Assembly: GCA_963788655.1 (NCBI GenBank)
Contig: CAWBHS010000039.1
Span: 32,001 to 96,000, forward strand
Origin: an uncultured Verrucomicrobiae bacterium
Lineage (GTDB): Bacteria > Verrucomicrobiota > Verrucomicrobiia > Limisphaerales > JAFGQR01
Length of the DNA stretch: 64,000 nucleotides
Direction: 5' to 3'
Part shown: in pieces, positions 9,632-21,447 of the stretch
Layout of the letters: each line of letters begins with the position of its first letter
How positions within the stretch are numbered: the first letter of the stretch is position 1
The notes under the pieces: model-generated
Seen by the model: the letters and a program-made list of their open reading frames with translations, nothing else
Database searches by the model: none
What the model was told of the DNA's origin: nothing
Translations under genes and position numbers: made by a program

Positions 9632-11697
9632 ATGGAAACTGGAAAATCTGAAACCGAACGCAAGACCCTCGACGAGCGCCAGAAGATGACCGAACTGGAG
9701 CGCATCCGCCACTCGTGCGCCCACGTCATGGCCACCGCCATCCTGCGCCTGTGGCCCGATGCCCAGTTCGCCTCCGGCCCGCCGGTCGAGAACGGCTTCT
9801 ACTACGACGTCGAACTCGAACACCGCATCTCGCCCGAGGACTTTCCCGGCGATCGAGGCGGAGATGAAGAAGGAGATCAAGGCGAACCACGTCTTCGAGA
9901 GAAAGGTCGTCACGCGCGAACAGGCGATCAAGGACTCGGAGAGCGGCCGGCTGGGCGGCACTGACCGAACGGCCGGGCAACCCAGCAAGTTCAAGCTGGG
10001 TAACCTCGAAGCAAATCCCCGAGGGCGAGCCGATTTCCTACTACAAGAACGGCGACTTCATTGACCTGTGCGCCGGGCCGCACGTGATGCGCACCGGCAA
10101 CATCGGCGCCTTCAAGCTCACCAGCGTGGCCAGCGCCTACTACAAGGGCGACGAGAAGAACCCGCAGCTCCAGCGCATCTACGGCACGGCGTTCAAGAAC
10201 AAGACCGAGCTCGAGGAATACTTCAAGATGCTCGAGGAGGCCAAGCGCCGCGACCATCGCAAGATCGGCGCGGAGATGGGGCTGTTCGCGATTGACACCG
10301 AATACGTCGGGCCGGGCATGCCGCTGTGGCTGCCCAAGGGCACGGTGCTCGTCGAGGAACTGGAGAAGCTGGCCAAGGAAACCGAATTCGCCGCCGGCTA
10401 CGTCCGCGTCCGCACGCCGCATCTGGCCAAGGAGAAAATGTATAGAACCTCCGGCCATCTGCCGTATTACGCGGAGTCCATGTTTCCGCCGATGGAGCTG
10501 GCCTTGGACGAACAGAAGCTCGCACGAAAAACCGAGTTGCAAACGTCGAAAGCCTTGGAACTAGAAGACGGTCGAATTGGATGACTGACATCCAAGACTC
10601 GAGGACAAGAACAGGCTGAGTTGGCATCATCGAGAAGAAGATGCAGAAGAGTTGGGCGAAGAGAATTTCGCGACGAGAGATTGCTCGAGAAATCAGCTTG
10701 GCCAGTCGAAGGCGTCTCGCGACGCGGGACCGCTATTACCTCAAAGCCATGAACTGCCCGCATCATCACCGCATTTTTGCGGCGGAGCCGCAGCAGTTAT
10801 CGCGACCTGCCGTTGCGCCTCGCGGAATACGGCACTTGCTATCGCTACGAGCAGAGCGGCGAGTTGTTCGGCCTCATGCGCGTGCGTTCGCTCAACATGA
10901 ACGACGCCCACATCTATTGCACCGAGGAGCAGTTCGCCGCCGAGTTCAACGCCGTGAACGAGATGTATCTGAAGTATTTCAAGATCTTCGGCATCGAGAA
11001 ATACGTCGATGCGCTTCAGCACGCACGTCGCCCGAAGGGCTGGGCAAGAAATACGTCAACGAACCCGAGCTGTGGAAGAAGACCGAGGACATGGTCCGCC
11101 AGGTGTTGATCGATTCGAAGATCAACTACGTCGAGGTGCCGAACGAGGCGGCGTTCTACGGTCCGAAGATTGACGTGCAGGTCTGGAGCGTCATCGGCCG
11201 CGAATTCACCCTGGCCACCAACCAGGTGGACTTCGCCGTGCCCGCCAAGTTCGGCCTGACCTACCGCGACAAGGACAACACGAACAAGACGCCGCTGTGC
11301 ATCCATCGCGCGCCGCTCGGCACGCACGAGCGGTTCATCGGCTTCCTCATCGAGCATTACGCCGGGCAACTTCCCGCTCTGGCTCGCGCCGGATCAGGTC
11401 CGCGTCATCACCCTCAACGACGACGAAGCGCTGATTGAACTACGCCAAGCCCATCGTGAACGAACTCCGCGCCAACATGGTCCGCGTGGAAGCCGATTTC
11501 AGCGCCGACCCGATCAAGGCGAAGATCGCCAACGCCGAACAATTGCGCGTCCACACCATGCTGGTCATCGGCGGTCGCGACATGGAAGCCGGCGACGTCA
11601 GCGTCCGCCTCCACGGCAAGGCGGCCCGCAAGGCGCGAAGCCGAAGGCGGAGGTCGTGGCGGATATTCTGGCGAGCATCAAAGAGCGGAGGGCGTAA
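9632..11697 (+). CDS. thrS: Threonine--tRNA ligase (frameshifted)
   Basis: [76 protein letters not shown] and the C-terminal anticodon-binding domain. Confidence 0.95.
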
Positions 11698-11866
11698 CAG
11701 TCTTTGCCGGCAATCAATACTCCGCACGGATGATTCCGTGCGGGGTTTTCGATTATTTGAATGTGCCAGCGAAAGCCGGTTCAAGTTTGCCACTCTGGCC
11801 ACGCCCGTTTGGCGGCGATTCCAACACTCACCGGTTCAAAAGGGCGAAAGCATAAAGGAGCAAAAA

Positions 11867-13006
11867 CTAAAGCTCCCTCACACAACGGAACCCAAAGAAG
11901 CTGAAGGTATCGCCCGGGTTGACGTTGTCGCGATAGGCACACCCCGCATAGTAGGCGGCGGCGTTCCACCCGCCACCGCGCATCACACGGCCGCCCGATC
12001 CGGGCCCTGCTCCTGTTGGATTATTTGTGGTGGGCTGGCCATACGGCGTTCCATACCAATCCCAACACCACTCCCACACATTCCCCGCCATGTCGTAAAG
12101 GCCATAACCATTCGGCGCAAAAGACCCCACCGGACTCGTCGCCGGACTCGTTCCCCCGACACTCCCAATAGCGTTATAGCCGTTGGGACCCAAGTCATAG
12201 CTGTAACCGAAGGTCGCTCCAAAGTAATTGGCCTGACTTTCCGAAATGCTGTTGCCCCACGGAAACCGTAGCCCGCTCAACCCGCCCCGCGCCGCCTTCT
12301 CCCACTCCGCTTCCGTCGGCAACCGATACCCGTTTGCTGCCAAATTCTGATAGACTGTCGTTCCCTCGTCCCCATTCGTGAACACCTGCGTAAGTCCCGC
12401 ATCCGTGTAATACACCGGCGGCAACCCCGCCTGCTGTGACCGAGCATTGCACCACTTCGCACAATCAAACCAGTCCACCGTCTGCACCGGATGATTCGCT
12501 GCCTTGCCCGCACCCGCATGCACAAAATCGTAGCCATGGCTCGTGGCATACGCATACACATTCGTCCATTCGCTCCACGTCACCTCGGTCTGGTCCATGT
12601 AAAATGCCGACACATACACATTCGTCGGATTCGCATCGGTTATTTCAGAATCATTTGTAGCGGTGTTATAGAAAAGGTAGTTGCCCATGGTGAACGAACC
12701 CGCCGGTATCAGCACCATGCCCGCCGTCGTATCGGTCGAGGCTAGCAACCGGAAATAACCCGCCGGGGAGGAGTTCGTCACCGTCGCGGCATTGACCGTG
12801 ACCGCATTGCTCGCCGTCACCCAGTTGGGCGCAGCGAGATTGGTGGTCGTCTGCAACACGTAATTCGTCGTGCTCACCGGCCAGTAAAGAATGGATTGCC
12901 CGCCCGGTGCCGGGGCGATGCCCAGATTCGTTACTTGCGCGTTGATCAGTTGAACGCCAGCAATGAGCGCCAGCCCGATGAACAGGGATTGTAGTTTGGT
13001 TTTCAT
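11867..13006 (-). CDS. Secreted formylglycine-generating-enzyme (SUMF1/FGE-sulfatase) domain protein
   Basis: Signal peptide; MVLIPAGSFTMG, FYMDQTEVT, HPVQTVDW, YRLPTEAEWEKAARGG, PNGYGLYDMAGNVWEWCWD, RGGGW, GFRCV. Confidence 0.92.
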   Translation of the reverse strand: MKTKLQSLFIGLALIAGVQLINAQVTNLGIAPAPGGQSILYWPVSTTNYVLQTTTNLAAPNWVTASNAVTVNAATVTNSSPAGYFRLLASTDTTAGMVLIPAGSFTMGNYLFYNTATNDSEITDANPTNVYVSAFYMDQTEVTWSEWTNVYAYATSHGYDFVHAGAGKAANHPVQTVDWFDCAKWCNARSQQAGLPPVYYTDAGLTQVFTNGDEGTTVYQNLAANGYRLPTEAEWEKAARGGLSGLRFPWGNSISESQANYFGATFGYSYDLGPNGYNAIGSVGGTSPATSPVGSFAPNGYGLYDMAGNVWEWCWDWYGTPYGQPTTNNPTGAGPGSGGRVMRGGGWNAAAYYAGCAYRDNVNPGDTFSFFGFRCVREL

Positions 13007-13126
13007 GGTTTCAGGGTCGTAGTTCCTGACACCCCATTAAAACACAATTGAATGGAGAGGGGGAAGCTTTTTTGCCAAGTTCACGGCAAGTTTTACTTCG
13101 CGGTCAGGCTGGTCCCAGCTTTGGAC

Positions 13127-13442
13127 CTGGCTCGCGCCGGATCAGGTGCGCGTCATCACGCTCAACGACGACGAAGCATTGATCGACTACGCCAAGCCCA
13201 TTGTGAATGAACTGCGCGCCAACATGGTGCGCGTGGACACGGATTTCAGCGCGACGCCGTTCAAGGCGAAGATTGCCAACGCGGAACAACTGCGCGTCCA
13301 CACGATGATGGTCATCGGCGGTCGCGACATGGAAGCCGGCGCGGTGAGCGTGCTTCTCCACCACGTCGGATCGCAAGACGCGAAACCGAAGGCGGAAGTC
13401 GTGGCGGATATTTTGGCAACGATTCGGGAACGGCGAAATTAA
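13127..13442 (+). pseudogene. Second, diverged copy of the thrS 3' end (anticodon-binding domain only)
   Basis: Direct repeat of 11379-11697; the first 21 nt are identical (CTGGCTCGCGCCGGATCAGGT). No catalytic domain upstream. Confidence 0.85.
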
Positions 13443-13756
13443 TTGCAGAGAATTCAGCATGGCGGCAGTAATCAAACCCGGGGACGGCAAGACTCCGTCG
13501 AGCCCTGACTTCCTGGAAGCGCTTGGGTGAAGCGTTAGTCCCAGGAAGAAACCGCCAGCCTGAAGATCGGATTCAGTTACACTTTTTGCTTGCATTAGCG
13601 AGAGCCGAAGTTTAGGCGTACCCCCATCGTAACCGGATGTTGCCGTTGGATGAACGCCCGCGCTTGCTTCGGCGTCACCCCGGCCCAGATGGTTGAAAAA
13701 CGAAACGACGTGTTCTAGGAAATCTGCACTGAGCAAAGTGTGACGAAAGGAATAGC

Positions 13757-14137
13757 GTGAAGAACCGATTGGGAATGGATTCTCCAGGGCTGGCGAAGAT
13801 CTTAAGCGCTATGGCGGCATCAGCGATGGAAGTGCAAGCCCGTTTCGACCAAACGCATTTGCAGGAACTGGAAGAATTTGCGCAGTTCGCCGCCACCGTC
13901 CCCACCGACACCCTGCCCTTGGTGCTACCCCTGGCTCCGGCGCGCCAGCGCGTGGACACGTTCCGTCTCGCGTGGGCAATGGAATTGTCCATCGAGCGCC
14001 GCCATGGTTTCGCCATTACCGTTCGTCTAATCAACCTCGGCTACGAGGCGCGTTTTGGGGTGCGACAAAGCAAAGCAGCGCGGATTGAATTGCAGGTGGA
14101 GCAAGTGCCGGTGGCGGCGGCACAGTTGAAAAGTTGA
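13757..14137 (+). CDS. Hypothetical protein, paralog A of the unknown operon
   Basis: 126-aa ORF with the motif AMAASAMEVQARFD...LAPARQRV...INLGYEARFG...IELQVEQVP. Confidence 0.7.
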   Translation: MKNRLGMDSPGLAKILSAMAASAMEVQARFDQTHLQELEEFAQFAATVPTDTLPLVLPLAPARQRVDTFRLAWAMELSIERRHGFAITVRLINLGYEARFGVRQSKAARIELQVEQVPVAAAQLKS

Positions 14138-14204
14138 AGGAGTGCGGCGGTCGTTTGAATGAACATCGTGGAAGAGAAATGACACTGAACGGAAGGAACT
14201 AACC

Positions 14205-14837
14205 ATGCCAGTCAAACCAAGCAAGTTGATCAATGACCTGAATTATGTGCCGAACATTGTGGGCGCACTGGGATTAAGCATCGCCGCCGCGCAGAAGGCG
14301 TTCAACCTCGACTATTTGCAGAATGTCGAGCGGCTGATTGCCCTCGCCCGATCGATTTTTGGTGAAAAAATCCTCGACGACCAGGGCAAGCCCAAAGACA
14401 TGACCGACGCGCAGAAGGCAAAGCTCGAACAATTCGCGTCGTTCTTGAAGGAACTGCTCGTGGCCACGGCGCCGCCGCGTTACCAGTTCACCGAAACCAC
14501 TCTCAACGTGAAACTGGACCTGGCGCAATCGATGGACCTGAACGTAGGCGCGGGCCTGGGCGTCGGATTTGGTGCCGTGACCGTGAGCGCTTCACTGGCC
14601 ATCGGTTACGGATACGACTATCGGGCGGCCGCGGAGTGTCACACAGTCATCCACGCCATTCCGGCGGACCCCAATGTGTTTCGTCCGCTGCTGGACCGAG
14701 CCAAAGAAGTGAATGACAAAATGCTCGCGCTTTCAGATCCCGCCGGCATCGATAACCGCATCATTGAGCAAAGCCGCGCCATTTTCGAGCAGGTCATGGG
14801 CGTAAAGGCGCCCACGCCGGTCGAGGCGCCGAAATAG
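14205..14837 (+). CDS. Hypothetical protein, paralog B
   Basis: AAGGA RBS; 210 aa; LGLSIAAAQKAFN...APPRYQFTETTLNVKLDL...VSASLAIGYGYDY...TVIHAIP. Confidence 0.85.
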   Translation: MPVKPSKLINDLNYVPNIVGALGLSIAAAQKAFNLDYLQNVERLIALARSIFGEKILDDQGKPKDMTDAQKAKLEQFASFLKELLVATAPPRYQFTETTLNVKLDLAQSMDLNVGAGLGVGFGAVTVSASLAIGYGYDYRAAAECHTVIHAIPADPNVFRPLLDRAKEVNDKMLALSDPAGIDNRIIEQSRAIFEQVMGVKAPTPVEAPK

Positions 14838-14877
14838 TCCGAGAGACTGCGAGGCTCGCAACGGCAGCGGCTAGTCC

Positions 14878-14945
14878 GGGGCGCGGACATTCTTGTCCGC
14901 CTTGGAGAACTGGGCGCAGCAGGCGGACAAGAATGTCCGCGCTCC
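14878..14945. repeat. REP-like palindrome pair
   Basis: GGGGCGCGGACATTCTTGTCCGC ... GCGGACAAGAATGTCCGCGCTCC. Confidence 0.75.
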
Positions 14946-15044
14946 AATGCGAGTGTTTGGGAATTGTTCTGCGGCAGTAATTGGCTGACAGCAAAGCTGC
15001 CGACAAGCTCGGAATGGGAAAGAACTCGCTAACGAATAAATATC

Positions 15045-15971
15045 ATGCCGCTTAAGAAAATAGATGTCGTCAATGCCGCCAGCGATTTGCGTGACCGCGC
15101 CAAGCAGTTGAGCGACGCGGCAGACGCGCTGTGGGACAAGGCCCGGAAACAAAGTGGCACGGAGATTCCGGATAACGTACTGGGCGATGAACGCAACGAA
15201 GTACTCATCGAACACGGCACGCTTGAAACCGATTGGGTGGCGCTGGCCCAGGCGCTCAATGTGTCGCTCGAAGGCACGAGCACGGATTTTGCCGAGTTCC
15301 TCACCACCACCGGTGCGGCGCTCGTGGCCACCCAACGGCAATTGGACACCCAGTCCAAAGCGTACCTGGACAGCCTGGCGGGCAGTCCGCACGTGCTGCC
15401 GTCCGTTTTTCGCATTCCCAAATTGTCGGGCGAAATGAAGTTTGCCCTGGAGCGTGTGGCCGGGCAAAAGCTGAACCTGGTCTTCTACGGGAAGGAGGAA
15501 AAGAACACCGCGCTCAACCAGCAGTCGATGTCATTCGAGATCGTTTCGGCGCCGCCCCCGCCGGAATTCATGCAGAAGTTGCTGACGGTGGCACCGCGGC
15601 TCGAACTGGTCCTGGCGCTGCCGGAACGGGAACGGATCATGGCGGTGGTGCAGGCCTCCGATCTCGAACCGAAACTACTACCCCAAGCGGATATGCTCGA
15701 GCATCCGGACGAAGTCTTGATCACTCCCGCGGTGGTGCCCGGTGAGGAACGGGCGTCGAAATACTTTCTGCTGTACGCCAACGAAACCCAGGAAGAGCTC
15801 ATCGGCGCGTGGCACGTCGATGTGGCGGCGGCCGAAATCGTGACGGTATATCGCTACGACTTGAAGCCGGGGTCCAAGGAAACGATCAAGCCGTTCAAAG
15901 ACTTCACGCTGGCGTTGGCCAAATTCCAGGCGGCTTACCTGAGACAATTGCGGCCACCGGGCAATGCCTGA
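15045..15971 (+). CDS. Hypothetical protein, paralog C
   Basis: 308 aa; TGAALVATQRQLD...LPSVFRIPKLSGEMKFAL...MSFEIVSAPPPP, with N- and C-terminal extensions. Confidence 0.8.
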   Translation: MPLKKIDVVNAASDLRDRAKQLSDAADALWDKARKQSGTEIPDNVLGDERNEVLIEHGTLETDWVALAQALNVSLEGTSTDFAEFLTTTGAALVATQRQLDTQSKAYLDSLAGSPHVLPSVFRIPKLSGEMKFALERVAGQKLNLVFYGKEEKNTALNQQSMSFEIVSAPPPPEFMQKLLTVAPRLELVLALPERERIMAVVQASDLEPKLLPQADMLEHPDEVLITPAVVPGEERASKYFLLYANETQEELIGAWHVDVAAAEIVTVYRYDLKPGSKETIKPFKDFTLALAKFQAAYLRQLRPPGNA

Positions 15972-17292
15972 GGAAGCCGTCAAAGATTTGCGACATCTGC
16001 CCGCAGACGTGGCGGACACCGCGGCAACCTTGCCCCGAGCCGGCGATCAACTGGTTCGCCTTTCCGCCGAGCAACTGGTTGATAATCCGTTGGGCTGGCG
16101 TCAGTGGCTGGTATTGCGACAGGTGGAATTGCGCTGGCGCTTCTACGTGGCGAAGACGGGCAAGCGGGTGGTGTTCTTTTTCTTTCGCAAGCAATCACCG
16201 GTCGAAGTGGTGATGGATGCTCACCTGGAGTTTCGGGTCGCCCCGTCGCCGCTCATTCCGCGACAGGTGCCGCTGGTGCCGCGCGAGATGCTGTGCCAAT
16301 TAGTCTGGCCGCGCCTGCTGGCGAAACGGTCCGTTGGGACCACCGACCGCGTGACCTTTCAACTCGATCAAGCCGGCAACGAAACACTGGACGCGATCCA
16401 TCCGGAGACAGGCCCGGACGAGGCCGAGCTAAGGTACTTGCGCGGACCCACGGAAATCCCGACCCGAGGTGCTGATGGCCAATGGCGCGTCGCACCGTTT
16501 ATCGCTTTCATCGAGGCGGTGCGCGCATGGATTGGCACGGGCTTGCAGCAGGGGCGGGAGGAAATTCTCACCGTGCCCTTGCCCAATGATCCGCTGGTGG
16601 CGCGCCGGATACTCTACTATGGGCTGGTGTCGTTCTGCGCCGCGGCCAACGCCACGAGCGACCTCACCACCCGGCCGACGATGCCCCCGCTGTTCGAAGA
16701 ATTGCAGTCGCCTTACGACATCACCGGCTTCCGGGCGGGAGTCGTATTGCGGTTGAAAGCGGACGGCACCGAGATCGCCGCGCTGGATGATGATCATCCC
16801 GTGCAACTGATGATGGAGTTGGAGGTGCAACGGACACCGGCGGCGGGCGCCCGCGCCAAGGTGTGGCTGGGACCGCCGGATTTTCTACTGACCGGGCCAC
16901 TGCACCAAGCGTTCTTCGATGAGTTTCTGGATGGTTTGCCCCTGTTCGCCAACTCGCCCGTTGCGATGGCCGCAATGCTGGCGCTGCGGACATTCGTGCT
17001 GCAAAACGCGAACCGGATTTCCATTTTCCGCGTCAAACGCGATGGGCGGCGAGATACCAACGCATTGGTGGTGACAGGAATGTGGGAAGGCGAGCGCATC
17101 GCCGTGGTGCTGAAAGGCGTCTTTGAAGTGGATACCGCAACCACGCCGCCGCAGGTCCAACGCCGGGGCAACATCCGCTTGCTGCAAACCGGGCCGGTGG
17201 AACCACAGGATGCCATTCTGGACGAAGACGTGGTCCGGCATTTCTTCCATTTGATGGCGGCGTTGAAATCCTGGGGAGGCGTGTTGCCATGA
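15964..17292 (+). CDS. Hypothetical protein D (degenerate paralogous module at the N-terminus)
   Basis: 442-aa ORF overlapping the upstream stop, and overlapping the downstream start by ATGA. Confidence 0.7.
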   Translation: MPEEAVKDLRHLPADVADTAATLPRAGDQLVRLSAEQLVDNPLGWRQWLVLRQVELRWRFYVAKTGKRVVFFFFRKQSPVEVVMDAHLEFRVAPSPLIPRQVPLVPREMLCQLVWPRLLAKRSVGTTDRVTFQLDQAGNETLDAIHPETGPDEAELRYLRGPTEIPTRGADGQWRVAPFIAFIEAVRAWIGTGLQQGREEILTVPLPNDPLVARRILYYGLVSFCAAANATSDLTTRPTMPPLFEELQSPYDITGFRAGVVLRLKADGTEIAALDDDHPVQLMMELEVQRTPAAGARAKVWLGPPDFLLTGPLHQAFFDEFLDGLPLFANSPVAMAAMLALRTFVLQNANRISIFRVKRDGRRDTNALVVTGMWEGERIAVVLKGVFEVDTATTPPQVQRRGNIRLLQTGPVEPQDAILDEDVVRHFFHLMAALKSWGGVLP

Positions 17293-17642
17293 CACCGCGA
17301 GGCATCGGACGTTGGATTCGCCTGCGAGTGCGGCGCGCGTGGCAGGGCCTTCTTCGGAGCCGCGGGATCACCTTGGATTTGCGGAAACGCGGCGGCAGCC
17401 GCACGGCCATCGCATTGGCGTCGGGCTGTGTTGGCGAAATCATTTCCACGCCGGCCCGAAGGCAGTTCGCGGTGTTGCCGGAGGTCGAGCCAATGTTGAG
17501 GGAGGCGGGGGCGCGATTCCGGCAGGGCCAATTGTTTTCCGCCTTGATCGAGCCCGTGCAAGCCGGGGTCAACATCCGCGCCCGCGTCAAGGAACAGGGT
17601 GCGCAGGCCGCGCAGCACTTGATTCTGCTTGGTGGCAACTGA
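17289..17642 (+). CDS. Basic hypothetical protein E
   Basis: ATGA coupling to gene D; 117 aa. Confidence 0.5.
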   Translation: MTPRGIGRWIRLRVRRAWQGLLRSRGITLDLRKRGGSRTAIALASGCVGEIISTPARRQFAVLPEVEPMLREAGARFRQGQLFSALIEPVQAGVNIRARVKEQGAQAAQHLILLGGN

Positions 17643-17726
17643 GGAATCAGCAGCGTGGGAGGGGGAAGCAGGAATCACTCGGAATCCACATGCATCTCGC
17701 CCCAGCAGCAGCCGGATGCGTGAACG

Positions 17727-20575
<2,849 letters not shown>

Positions 20576-20668
20576 AAGCCGGGAACTATTGGGGATAATC
20601 CGTTCGGAGGCAATGGCAGATTTTGAGCGGATGAATTGCGCAAGAGCCGCAACGATTCAGTCAAAAAG

Positions 20669-20809
20669 GGGAGCGCGCCCGCCCCGGGCGCCGTGGTTGG
20701 CGCCTCGCCATCCACTTTCGAGAATCGGATTCGGTATTGAGTGACTGCTCAGTCGCGGGGCTAACCGGCAAGGGCGCCGGTTGGCAGCGCCCGAGGCGGG
20801 CGCGCTCCC
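20669..20809. repeat. REP/MITE-like element with inverted ends GGGAGCGCGCCCGCC
   Basis: Ends are inverted repeats; a related copy lies at about 45082-45210. Confidence 0.7.
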
Positions 20810-20851
20810 CAAACACAATGGCACAGATACGGCTGATGCCCGCCACATCTT

Positions 20852-21301
20852 TCAGCCCGGATATTGCCCGGTGATGTAATTGTGCAACTGGTCGATGGCC
20901 TGCCGTTGCGCGCTGATGATCCAATTGACCAGATCGCCGATGGAGACAATCCCGAGAATGTCCTGCCCTTCCAGCACCGGCAGATGGCGCACGCGATGTT
21001 TGGTCATCAACTGCATGCACTCCTGGATGGTCTGCTTGGGCGTCACCGAAATCACGGGACTGGAAACGATTTCGCGAACCGGCGTGGTGCGTGAATTCTT
21101 ACCCAGCAAAGCGATCTTCCGGCTGTAGTCCCGCTCGGACATCACCCCGATCAGTTTGCCGCCTTCCATCACCAGCAAAGCCCCGATGTTTTTCTCTCCC
21201 ATCACCTTCAACGCGTTGAAGACCATCTCATCCGGAGACGTCGTCCAGACCTGGGAGCCCTTGTTTGCGAGAATTTCACTAATGGTGCCGACGTTTTCCA
21301 T
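20852..21301 (-). CDS. CBS-domain protein
   Basis: MGEKNIGALLVMEGGKLIGVMSERDY and MTKHRVRHLPVLEG...IVSIGDLV. Confidence 0.93.
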   Translation of the reverse strand: MENVGTISEILANKGSQVWTTSPDEMVFNALKVMGEKNIGALLVMEGGKLIGVMSERDYSRKIALLGKNSRTTPVREIVSSPVISVTPKQTIQECMQLMTKHRVRHLPVLEGQDILGIVSIGDLVNWIISAQRQAIDQLHNYITGQYPG

Positions 21302-21447
21302 AGAGTCTAATGTTGTTGCTTGCAATTACTCATGGCACTTTCCCGCGCCCGGAGCAATACATTTCGCGGCCTTTTCTTGAACTTTTTTCGGCCCATCCCA
21401 GCGTTCCGCCGAGCTTCCGGCAACCGGCCCGCGCCCGGTCCATTCGC

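Noticed and set aside
9380..9632. T-box riboswitch upstream of thrS
   Set aside because: No T-box consensus (AGGGTGGNACCGCG) and too little room for stem I. The uORF attenuator model fits better.
10495..10732. Intein in ThrS
   Set aside because: Too short, and lacks the N-terminal Cys/Ser and C-terminal His-Asn splice motifs.
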